Assembly (NCBI GenBank): GCA_900128395.1
Contig: LT649287.1
Location: 1 to 45,824, forward strand
DNA: 45,824 nucleotides
DNA from: Stramenopiles sp. TOSAG23-2
Lineage: Eukaryota
Direction: 5' to 3'
The notes beneath the pieces are model-generated. The model was not told the DNA's origin and did no database searches. It worked only from the letters and a program-made list of their open reading frames with translations. Each line of letters starts with the position of its first letter. Within the stretch, counting starts at the first letter, position 1. This document shows, one piece after another, positions 34,206 to 44,042 of the stretch. The position numbers and the translations under genes are program-made.

Positions 34206-34912
34206 TCACCCGCAAACGATATTTTAATATCTGATGTGGAACCACCTGATCCCGATGATACCATTTATGCAAACAAACAAGTTAATATTGCGCAACAGAG
34301 TCAAGCTTATTGCTCGAAGCAATCAAACTGCCAAAAACTAATACCGAATATGGCAATCGAGAAAACAACATTTTTAAGCTACACACGAAATTCAGACAAA
34401 AAGTCATACAGTAGCCATGAAATGGTACGTGCGATCGATGCTGCCTCAGATTCACCAACAGTTTTTCATGCAGTTGATACTTCGTGTAATCGCAGTTCTG
34501 ATGCTCCGGATACTAATCAAAACAACACCACTGGCAAGTCATCACCTGGCATTAATATTGAATTCGCCTATAATATTTTGTCTGATGAAGCGGCCAAACC
34601 AGACGTCATTGAGTCACCCGCAAACGATATTTTAATATCTGATGTGGAACCACCTGATCCCGATGATACCATTTATGCAAACAAACAAGTTAATATTGCG
34701 CAACAGAGTCAAGCTTATTGCTCGAAGCAATCAAACTGCCAAAAACTAATACCGAATATGGCAATCGAGAAAACAACATTTTTAAGCTACACACGAAATT
34801 CAGACAAAAAGTCATACAGTAGCCATGAAATGGTACGTGCGATCGATGCTGCCTCAGATTCACCAACAGTTTTTTATGCAGCTGATACTTCGTGTAATCG
34901 CAGTTCTGATGC
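34206..34912 (+). repeat. Direct repeat of ~299 bp (34206-34504 and 34614-34912; period 408 bp) inside an open frame that runs to 35204
   Basis: Only two mismatches seen between the copies. The period is a multiple of 3. The ORF track start is TTG and overlaps the carrier fragment. Confidence 0.93.
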
Positions 34913-35285
34913 CCAAATATCTTTAAACAACCTTGTGCCGATTACTGACTCTGATGCGAGTCATATTCATTGCACTTTAAACTGTATATGCAAGAAGGAT
35001 CATGATATACTCTACCATGGTACGATGTATCACACACCTTTGAACAATACACAGTTTTCAATTGATGCATACAATGCGTTAATTGCATCTATTTACCTCC
35101 ACCAATATTTTTGTATCTTAAAAATATTGGCACACTCTGTGGATTTCAATGAACTCTATCGCAATGTTACGATTCATTGTCCATCTTTCAGTTTAGTGAG
35201 ATAGATTTGTCTCAGTTATTATATTCTTTCTGGAGAGTAGGAATTATCATGAGTAAATTAAAAAATAAATTATGCATTAATTAAG

Positions 35286-35531
35286 TATAAATTTGCTGGA
35301 GGTGTGGATAGGTGTACGGTATATGCAGATTACAAATATTATTTAATTTTTACCTGTTAAGAGTTGGTTCTCAGTGCGTTTTTGTGCGTTTAAAAATGTG
35401 AGGAAATTTATAAATTTGCTGGAGGTGTGGATAGGTGTACGGTATATGCAGATTACAAATATTATTTAATTTTTACCTGTTAAGAGTTGGTTCTCAGTGC
35501 GTTTTTGTGCGTTTAAAAATGTGAGGAAATT
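35286..35531. repeat. Perfect 123-bp tandem duplication
   Basis: 35286-35408 is repeated at 35409-35531. Confidence 0.95.
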
Positions 35532-35593
35532 TTTTTAATTTTCAATTCACATTCCACACACACACACACACACACACACAATTATACACAAAA

Positions 35594-36514
35594 TCAACCC
35601 CATAAACATTTTACATTTTTATTATTTTTATCGGTTGTTGGTGGTGTTTTTAAAACATTTAATTTTGTACAATCAAGTATTTCATCCTCATCATCCTCCT
35701 TTTCTATTTTTTTTTTATTATTATCATCATTTTTACTCCACGATTTTAATAATAATTTTTTCATTTCATTTACATATTTCTTGTTTAAATGACGTTCTTT
35801 TACACCACAATAGATCAATTTTAAATATCTTGTTTCTGGTTTCAATGTAAATAGTTTATTATATTGTTTACCATTATTAGCATAATAAACTTCAACATTT
35901 TTAACATTTTCACCATTATATGATTTAACAGTAACTTGTTTACGTATATGACACTGTTCACGTTTATCAAAAATATTTTCTAAATCACTTTTACTAATCA
36001 TATGTATTACACCATGGACACATCTTTTCTTTTGTCCTACACGGCCATATTGAATTTTCTTTAGTAATTTCGCTTTGAATCCTTTTCTATTTGGTTTGGA
36101 TGGAATCACATTTGCAAAAACATTCACTTTATCTCCAACTCGACTATTAAATTTCAAACAATGATTAGATAATATTGCTGGAACTGAATGTTTTACAGCA
36201 ACGTTGGTTGTTTGAAAAACTTTACTACCAACATTTGCTCCAAAACTAAACATCCAAATATGATTTGGCAACATTTTTGGTAATGGCATTGCTGCTTTAG
36301 AACGTTTTTTACTATTTACATTGCATGCGACACTTTTTATGCATTTATTCCAATTCGTCTTCGTCGAATCCATTAGTTTTGTTTTTAATACCTTGCTATT
36401 AAGTTTCACTGGTCTTAAATCTCTACCGCGGTGATATGCATTCACTTGAAGAGTACACATAGTCATTGCTAAAAGCAACGATATGGTTATTATAATTGAT
36501 GATATAGTTTTCAT
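35594..36514 (-). CDS. Gamma-glutamylcyclotransferase (GGCT/AIG2-like) fold protein with a signal peptide
   Basis: FSFGANV (cf. YFAYGSN), PAILSNHCLKFN, ANVIP, VHGVIH…DKRE, PETRYLKLIYCG. The likely start is MKTISSIIITISLLLA at 36514. Confidence 0.75.
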   Translation of the reverse strand: MKTISSIIITISLLLAMTMCTLQVNAYHRGRDLRPVKLNSKVLKTKLMDSTKTNWNKCIKSVACNVNSKKRSKAAMPLPKMLPNHIWMFSFGANVGSKVFQTTNVAVKHSVPAILSNHCLKFNSRVGDKVNVFANVIPSKPNRKGFKAKLLKKIQYGRVGQKKRCVHGVIHMISKSDLENIFDKREQCHIRKQVTVKSYNGENVKNVEVYYANNGKQYNKLFTLKPETRYLKLIYCGVKERHLNKKYVNEMKKLLLKSWSKNDDNNKKKIEKEDDEDEILDCTKLNVLKTPPTTDKNNKNVKCLWG

Positions 36515-37147
36515 ATTTCGTTCTGAATAGTTCTTCTTTGTCTTTATATATATATGTATCTTTCTATGTCTATGATTCAATATAACCTTTATCTGTCTAT
36601 CCATCTTCCATATTTGATCTCTTGTACTTTAATTGGAATTATTCTATGTTTCCTCCACTTTTTTAGTTCACCACATGCATTGATTCCGCTTCTTCGTTTG
36701 GGCTATTTTCATTATACTACGTGTTAATTTATTTAATAGGGACACAACATATGCCTTTTTTCCAGCCTGGATCTACCTTGGTGCAGCGAAATTAGCATCG
36801 ATAGAGCAGGTGGCACTACAGTTACTTATACTTGAAACTTAAACCTATCAAATCCGCGCATCCTCGATTTTTTACCTTAACCTATCAACAGAAAAGACTT
36901 TTTTTCGCCCATCGATCAGCGCAAGAAAAAGAAGAGAGAGAAGAGACGTTACATCACCTCTGCCATATATACCATGAATCATTTTATATATGCTGTACTT
37001 ACTCTTGTGGAAAATGGAGACGAGGTTTGTGATGAAGCAAAACGATAATAATATTTATACTGTTCTATTTTTTCTTTTGATTTTAAAAAATCATATAAGC
37101 AAGGGAAGAAACAACAATAATAATATTTTTTGTAAAAAAGAACTACT

Positions 37148-37546
37148 ATGACGTTGACGGCGGAGATTGCATCAAGGCAAGTGGAAAATTTTTTAGATGC
37201 AAATAAATCAGCACTTTATATGTCATCAACAGAGGCAATGAAACAAAGCGAAGAAGATGTAGCAAATAATAAGTATACATATGTGACGACGTTTAGTAAA
37301 CCAAGATCAGTAGAGCCAATTCCTAGAGCTGTCGCTAGAGTTACCTTCTATGTATCTGGTACTGTTGATAAAATCAAGATCAATTATCGTGTTGAAAATG
37401 AAACTGCCGTACGTAGTGCTGATGGTGCAGTTGCTTTTTCCAACGATTGGTTAGATAGTGTTATTAAACGAAAAATGAAAATGAAAGAATTTTTCGATTG
37501 TCGTTCAGATTTTGATATGTCAAGATGGAAAGATATCGTCGACTAA
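37148..37546 (+). CDS. AKAP14/AKAP28-like ciliary protein
   Basis: Y…FSKP…PIP…ARVTF…INYRVE…F…WL matches my recollection of the AKAP28 family pattern. Confidence 0.65.
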   Translation: MTLTAEIASRQVENFLDANKSALYMSSTEAMKQSEEDVANNKYTYVTTFSKPRSVEPIPRAVARVTFYVSGTVDKIKINYRVENETAVRSADGAVAFSNDWLDSVIKRKMKMKEFFDCRSDFDMSRWKDIVD

Positions 37547-37914
37547 TGTTATATATGTGTATGTGCGTGGTATTTCGGTTGTAACAATCCTCTATATCTA
37601 TTTATGAAAGATAGTGGTATTAATACGCATCCTCTAATAGTTAAAAAATAAAATAAGTACATATTTTTTTATTTTTTTTATTAATTAATATTTTTTATAA
37701 TTTTACTTCCCGCGTCGTGGTAAACAAATTTAATGCTTTTTTTTATACTTTTCGTATAATATATAAAATGTTCTCTTACTCATATAATATATTCTATATA
37801 TATATATATATATTTGTATTTTAAATATTTTATAAAATGAAATATTAAATGCGAAGTAATACTACGAGCGTACGAAGTAAAAACACTTTTTATTAAAAAT
37901 ATATTATCACACAT

Positions 37915-39426
37915 TTATCGATCAGCATTCTCTCCCATTCCATTATCATTGCTAGCTGATATATCAGGACGAAAAGTACATTGATTTGGTAATTGTGAAT
38001 ATGCTTCATCTCTTCGTTGCAATCGAGCTTCACCATCTTTATATAATGACAAAAATCTATCTTTATCATTATTATTCTTGCTGCTGCTGCTGCTAGTTCC
38101 CCTAATTGTTGGTTTAAATGTACAACCTGTTGGATTTGCTTTTTCTCTTGTTAAACTACGTTTTAAATGTTCTTTACCATCTTTATATAAACGATCATAA
38201 ATTGGTTTATTACTAGCTTGCCTCTTTTTTTTCTTATTTATACGTGGCTTAAATGTACATTGTATATCAGCATCAACATTTAGATTTAAAGAAGCATTTT
38301 TTGATGCATTTCTTGCCATCGTCACTTTAGCAGCTCTTCCACCACTAGCTTTTGGTTTGTTTACGTTTTTAGGTGGAGATGGTTTTAAATTTGTTTCTAT
38401 ATCACCATTTGGATTCTTTTTAATATTTTCCAATGCTTCCTCCATACTAATAACAGGTGAGCCCCATATACTTGTCGTTTGTAATCTACGCCTTATATCT
38501 CTTTCAATTTTTTCTTTTTTAATCTGTTCATTTCTTGCTTTTCTTTCCTTCTCCCCTCTATAATATAATGTTAAACATGCCGCTTTTGCATCTGGTAGTT
38601 TCTTTTGTCCACCACTTTTATTGTAATTTTTATTTACTTCTGGCATGAACGTACAACCATTTGGTTTTTGTCGTAAACTATCATTTAAAAACTTTTTACG
38701 ACGTGCCATATAATCTTCATTTCGTTTAATGACTCTTGCAAATCGTTCATCTGCTGTTTCTGGTTTTTTATTATTAGTAGTAATATTAGCACTGATACTT
38801 TTATCTTTACCTGGTAAATTATATTTTTCTTTATTTCTATTTCGTTTTGTTTTTGTATATATTATAGGTTTGAAAGTATATTCTTGTGGTAATTCTTTTT
38901 TTTTCTCAATATGTGCCTTATCAATTCTTAGTCTACGTTCTGCTGCATCTTTATACAATCGATTGAAACGAGAATTTTCACCACCATTCTTTTTCGCAAT
39001 TGCTTTTCGTTTTTGCTTTTCTAATATTTTAATTTGATCGTCGATATCGGCTTGTTTCCGCTTATATATTTCTTTTAATTTCAATTTATATTTATCTACA
39101 TATTGTCTTGTTGATGGGAGTTTACCGTTTCTTTTTTTCATACTTTGATTGTTACTATTTATTTTTCCTGAAATTTCTTCAACGGCTCCAACGATAGCGT
39201 TTAAACAATCTTTTACATTTAGTTTTATTTTAGTCCTTTTTAATTCTTTTATTTCAAAATCTTCTATCGTTAGCTCTTTTTGCTGTCCTCTGACAGGTGA
39301 TAGAGTCGGGCTAAAGGTACATTCACTTGATATAACATTTTTGCTAGCATTATATACTTTCTCGCGTTTTTTTAATTCTTTTTGTCCATTGGAATATAGA
39401 CGATTAAATACTGCTTGTTTCGGCAT
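37915..39426 (-). CDS. Basic coiled-coil protein with alternating F/YxRLY and CTFxP repeats, putatively cytoskeletal
   Basis: Six (C/Y)TFxP motifs and five xxLY helices in a 503-aa Lys-rich ORF. Confidence 0.8.
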   Translation of the reverse strand: MPKQAVFNRLYSNGQKELKKREKVYNASKNVISSECTFSPTLSPVRGQQKELTIEDFEIKELKRTKIKLNVKDCLNAIVGAVEEISGKINSNNQSMKKRNGKLPSTRQYVDKYKLKLKEIYKRKQADIDDQIKILEKQKRKAIAKKNGGENSRFNRLYKDAAERRLRIDKAHIEKKKELPQEYTFKPIIYTKTKRNRNKEKYNLPGKDKSISANITTNNKKPETADERFARVIKRNEDYMARRKKFLNDSLRQKPNGCTFMPEVNKNYNKSGGQKKLPDAKAACLTLYYRGEKERKARNEQIKKEKIERDIRRRLQTTSIWGSPVISMEEALENIKKNPNGDIETNLKPSPPKNVNKPKASGGRAAKVTMARNASKNASLNLNVDADIQCTFKPRINKKKKRQASNKPIYDRLYKDGKEHLKRSLTREKANPTGCTFKPTIRGTSSSSSKNNNDKDRFLSLYKDGEARLQRRDEAYSQLPNQCTFRPDISASNDNGMGENADR

Positions 39427-40204
39427 ATTTGGTTTGTTTCGTTTCGGTATAATTTGTAATATTCTATATCTAATTTAAATGTACATTAATTTAAAATTGC
39501 TGATTATTTATTTTTGTGATAAATAAACGAAAGACTAATCATTCTTTTGTATATATTTAGTTGTTACTGTGTGTAATTAATAATATAATAATATAACATT
39601 TACAGTATTATATTGTATGTAGTAAAATACGTGAGAAAACACTGTAAGTAAGGGTGTTTATAATGAAGTTCTACTGTATTATATATAGAAATGGTGAAAG
39701 AAATTTTTGTTTTCTAATCTCTTAATAATGTATGATGAAATATATATAGCTTCAAATATAAAAGTGTCGTATAAAATATATTTAAAGAATCTATTGTCAC
39801 CCCTACTCTTTATGATACAACGAAGTGAAAAAATACTATAATGAAACTGATGTTAATGTCTAAAAAATAATACTGTGGTATAGAAAGTTAAAGTTGCACA
39901 GTTTATTAAGTTCATTAAGTTCGTCGTCGTAATTTTTATACAAGAGGGTATAAATAAGAGAACCGAATGCAATGGTATGTCGCTGCTAATACTTTATGGC
40001 GACCTATTTTCTAGCTGTTAAAATTTGATGAGTACGTTGTGATGATTTTTATTTATCTCTCAAATATATAATAGAAAATATATATACGAGGATAAACAAA
40101 TGAATGATACACATGTAGATACAGAGAAAGGCATGGAGTAAATACAGTGTTCCAAGAAGATCATAGTAATAATAATAATAATAATAATAATAGAGAGTTA
40201 AATC

Positions 40205-41629
40205 ATGGATGGACGACCGAACACGGCATCGGCTACTACGCGTAGTAGAACAAAGTCATCAACGTTGCCAGAAGAAGAATTTGCTAATGATAATAATAAT
40301 AATTCTAGAAGAAGACGAAAACGTCCATCAACTGCAGCAGCCCTTGAAAATCAAAAGAAAAAAGTAGCAGATAATGTAAGAGAAATAGAGCAACAATTAG
40401 GTGAACTACAGCGTGTTGGTGCGTATGATAAAGCCGGAAAATTGTATACTGAATTAAAGAAATTGAAATCATCGTTTAAAAATGACGAATCACAAAAATG
40501 GATAGCACGTCATCGACGGTCATTAAAACGTTTGCCTTCCAACGAAAGAGCAGTTCGACGTGCTATAGAAGCATCTTGGCTGGAACAAGCAGAGGAACAT
40601 AAAGCGCAAATGGATGAATTATGTAGAGAAATGGAGGAGCGCCATCAAGCAGAAGTTGTTGTATTTAAAGAAGCGTTGTTGCAACAGCAACGTTCTAAAC
40701 CACCTAAATTTTCAACTGGTTTGTTGCAATTACAAGAAATGGAACAAACGCTATCAAGAGCACATAAATATGATGCAGCTGTTAAATTAAGGAAAGAAAT
40801 ACAACATAAAATGAAGTATGAAATAAGAAAAATAGATCAAATGACATTAGAACGAGCAGAAATCAAATTGCAACGATTAAAAATACAACATCAACGAGAA
40901 TATGATATTTTGCGTGATAAAGCAGAAATGGCATTAGATAGAATGGTGTCGGAACGGGATAAAGAATTAGAACAAGCAACTGTACGTTTTCGTGCTGCAT
41001 CTCATGAATTAGAACATGCATTATCTTTGCAAGTTGCGTCGAATAGGAAAGGTGCAGCTGCTGTTGCTGATGCAGCATTTGGTGCTTCACGTAGAGGGGA
41101 AGCGACAGCTGCTGCAGCTGCAACATTTGCTTCTAGAACAATAAAAAAGCGTGGTAATAGTAATGGTAGGAATAGTACAAGTCGATTAAGACCAACAACA
41201 GCTCCTGTTGGTGGAAACAAGTTAAAACCATTAAGCAATAGTAGACGTCCTGGCACTGCAGTTGGCATGGAACGTGTTGGTAGTAAAAGTAGATTAAATA
41301 GTACATCTTCAAGAAGAAGACGACGAAGGAAAAAAAAGAATGGTAAAAAAATTAGATATAATAAAAGTGGTAGAATGATAACATGTGATTGGTGTGGACA
41401 AATTGATGGGTATATAGAAAGTCATGGTGGTGTCTGTATTCCATGTGAAAGTTCAAATGGTGGTGTTGGTAAATTTTGTAGTTGGGAATGTGCAAAATCA
41501 TGGAATCAACAATATACACCTGTTATGCAACGATGGGTACGTAGTATGTTTATTGATGATGTTGCAGGTTATATGATTGTCTATTCAAAACGTAAACATG
41601 TAGAAAAGAAATTGTCACAACGTGGGTAA
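40205..41629 (+). CDS. Coiled-coil protein with RPxTA repeats and a C-terminal treble-clef-like Zn finger
   Basis: Long charged helices; KFSTGLLQLQEMEQ…Y..A motif; RPNTA/RPSTA/RPTTA/RPGTA; CDWC…FCSWEC. Confidence 0.8.
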   Translation: MDGRPNTASATTRSRTKSSTLPEEEFANDNNNNSRRRRKRPSTAAALENQKKKVADNVREIEQQLGELQRVGAYDKAGKLYTELKKLKSSFKNDESQKWIARHRRSLKRLPSNERAVRRAIEASWLEQAEEHKAQMDELCREMEERHQAEVVVFKEALLQQQRSKPPKFSTGLLQLQEMEQTLSRAHKYDAAVKLRKEIQHKMKYEIRKIDQMTLERAEIKLQRLKIQHQREYDILRDKAEMALDRMVSERDKELEQATVRFRAASHELEHALSLQVASNRKGAAAVADAAFGASRRGEATAAAAATFASRTIKKRGNSNGRNSTSRLRPTTAPVGGNKLKPLSNSRRPGTAVGMERVGSKSRLNSTSSRRRRRRKKKNGKKIRYNKSGRMITCDWCGQIDGYIESHGGVCIPCESSNGGVGKFCSWECAKSWNQQYTPVMQRWVRSMFIDDVAGYMIVYSKRKHVEKKLSQRG

Positions 41630-42042
41630 AATACTGTAAAAAATATATATTTTATTTTATTAATCTCTATACTTGATGTAATTTTATAAAAAGATGATAG
41701 ATAATTTTTTATAATAATATGAAAAAATTGATCTCTCTGTATATATGCATATCTCTTAATATAATAATGATACGAAGCTTCGTATCATATGATATATAAT
41801 TTAATTTACGCATAATTTTCTCTTACACACATAATTTATATAAAGTTTTTTTTACAGTGTCACTAGTAATATGTATTTATAGTATACTTAATATTCTATA
41901 GATAAGTCGTCCGAATTTGATGAATTAGATTGACAATTCTTCTCGTTTAGACAAACCACTTCTTTTTCATTCTATCAATATATATATAAATCATTGTGTG
42001 ATATAAAAAATCCAATACACGTCATAAATCATTTACTCTCTT

Positions 42043-43809
42043 TTATACAAGCCCTAATCGTCGATACAATTCTTTAATTTCATTTTTAATTACATATGAT
42101 GACAATGGACTCATTGTACCATTTAAATTCATACCAGTACGCCCATCATGTATACATTTATCTCCAATGTTCAATCCTAAATAGGAGCAGCGAGATTCAT
42201 CTGTATCGCCTCGAGTACCTTTACCAGGTTTTTTTAAATAATCTTGCAATCGTACTTTTGTTTGCAATACTTTACATGGCGCATATATATTAATTAACTT
42301 TTTTTTATACTTTCGCCCAATAATAATTGAATTTAATTCAATTTTACCGACAATCTCAAGCAATTCTTTACCTTGTATACCATCTGAAATCCATTTTTTA
42401 ATTTTATTTTCACAACATTCAGTATGTCCTTTTGATGCTGTACATGGAGCAGTAGATGTATATAAATGAAATTTAATATCATCCCGTGATCTCGTTGCAT
42501 TAACACCAAATGCAAATAAATGTCCAAGCAAATATTTTTTAAAGCCTCTTCGTGTCAACACTTCAGCATGTGAATCTTTCATTAAATAATACGATGTGTC
42601 ATCTTGATCATATTCTAACGCTTCAACAATTTCTTTATTTAAAAATCTAGTGCCCATACCCCAACTTAAAATACAACATGTTTTTGATGGGACATCTTCA
42701 ATCACTAAACTGGATACAACCCATTGTCCAATAATTCCTTTTAAAAATTTATTATTTTCTGAAATACATGTTTCTAATGTAAATCTAGCTATGGCATCTG
42801 GAAAACTAGGCATATCAGAGGAATGGCGAAGTATATTTTTACTTTTCAAACTATTAGAAAATGATGCTACATGTTGTAATGAAAGCATATTTTCTTTCAA
42901 CAAGGTTGCATATTCAATTAAATTATCATGTATTAAATCAATTGACCATGGATCAGGTAATGGGCATGATAATTTCAAATTTTCCTTTGATATTTGTGGA
43001 TTTCCTTGAAAATATATATTTGCATGAGGTAATTGATTACGTAACATCACTGCTCCTACATCCGTTATGTTGCAATAATCTAAATGAAACGTTAATTTTG
43101 TGACATTTTGCCATTTATTTACGTTTGCAAGCATTGCACAGATACCAATATCACCAATCTCATTACCACCTAAATCAACGTTCGTTATTGATGGGTTTTT
43201 CAATAGTATATCGCCAGCAAAATTACCCCAAAATTGTCCTTTCTCGTTGCAATATACTTCAACACTGGTAATTGCTTTTGCTCTTGGGGAGTTGGATGTT
43301 AATGCTTTAGATAATAAACGGGCACCTAATGCACCAATGTTATTTTTAGCACATCCAAACGTTTTTAAATATTGTTTTACATTCGTGTTATTATTGTTGT
43401 CGTTAATAATAAAATTTGAAACTATTTCAATTCCTAAATCACCTAAATTACGCTTGTGTAAGCCACGTAAACTTTTCAATTCTCCATTTTCTTCATACTT
43501 CAATATTGCATTTATCGCAACGTATCCTTGAATTTTTTGAAATATTTCATCATATGCAAAATCAGTTTCTGACACTTTTGGCAGATCAATACGTGTTATT
43601 TCACGAGTCTTTGTTGGATTATTTATTAAATATTCAAGTAAAATATTATAATTTCCAATAGTATTTTTTTTTATAGCATTTTCAATTAGTGTATGAATAT
43701 TAATTAAAGCATTTATTTTTGTATTTATTTTTTCATCCTCGTTATTGTTCTTATTATTATTATGTTTTACATCCTCATCATTTGTTTGTATTGTAACAAT
43801 GCTAGTCAT
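42043..43809 (-). CDS. RI-like leucine-rich repeat protein fused to a compact ADAR/ADAT-type adenosine deaminase domain (~588 aa)
   Basis: LRRs RNLGDLG, NNIGALGA, LGGNEIGDIG and LDYCNITDVGA. Deaminase motifs SWGMGTR, DSHAEVLTRR, FHLYTSTAPC and CCENKIKKW…GIQG. The likely ATG is at 43809. Confidence 0.85.
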   Translation of the reverse strand: MTSIVTIQTNDEDVKHNNNKNNNEDEKINTKINALINIHTLIENAIKKNTIGNYNILLEYLINNPTKTREITRIDLPKVSETDFAYDEIFQKIQGYVAINAILKYEENGELKSLRGLHKRNLGDLGIEIVSNFIINDNNNNTNVKQYLKTFGCAKNNIGALGARLLSKALTSNSPRAKAITSVEVYCNEKGQFWGNFAGDILLKNPSITNVDLGGNEIGDIGICAMLANVNKWQNVTKLTFHLDYCNITDVGAVMLRNQLPHANIYFQGNPQISKENLKLSCPLPDPWSIDLIHDNLIEYATLLKENMLSLQHVASFSNSLKSKNILRHSSDMPSFPDAIARFTLETCISENNKFLKGIIGQWVVSSLVIEDVPSKTCCILSWGMGTRFLNKEIVEALEYDQDDTSYYLMKDSHAEVLTRRGFKKYLLGHLFAFGVNATRSRDDIKFHLYTSTAPCTASKGHTECCENKIKKWISDGIQGKELLEIVGKIELNSIIIGRKYKKKLINIYAPCKVLQTKVRLQDYLKKPGKGTRGDTDESRCSYLGLNIGDKCIHDGRTGMNLNGTMSPLSSYVIKNEIKELYRRLGLV

Positions 43810-44042
43810 GATCTTGATTTTGTTTTCAATTTTTACTTTCCGCCTTACAGATATATGTGATAGAAAATGCAAAATGATCAATTTTATTTTATTTATTTTT
43901 TTATAAAGCTGGAAATGTACAAATGTAAAATGTAGTACATCACAAAAGAAGCAGAAAGTATAGTAGTATATATGATACAAATAATATATATTTATTATAC
44001 GGCTCGAACACACACGCACACAACACACATACACATTTTTTT

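Noticed and set aside
43810-44034. 75-aa N-terminal extension of the LRR-deaminase ORF
   Set aside because: It derives from (CA)n and AT-rich spacer sequence and would leave 8 bp to the upstream stop; ATG 43809 is more plausible.
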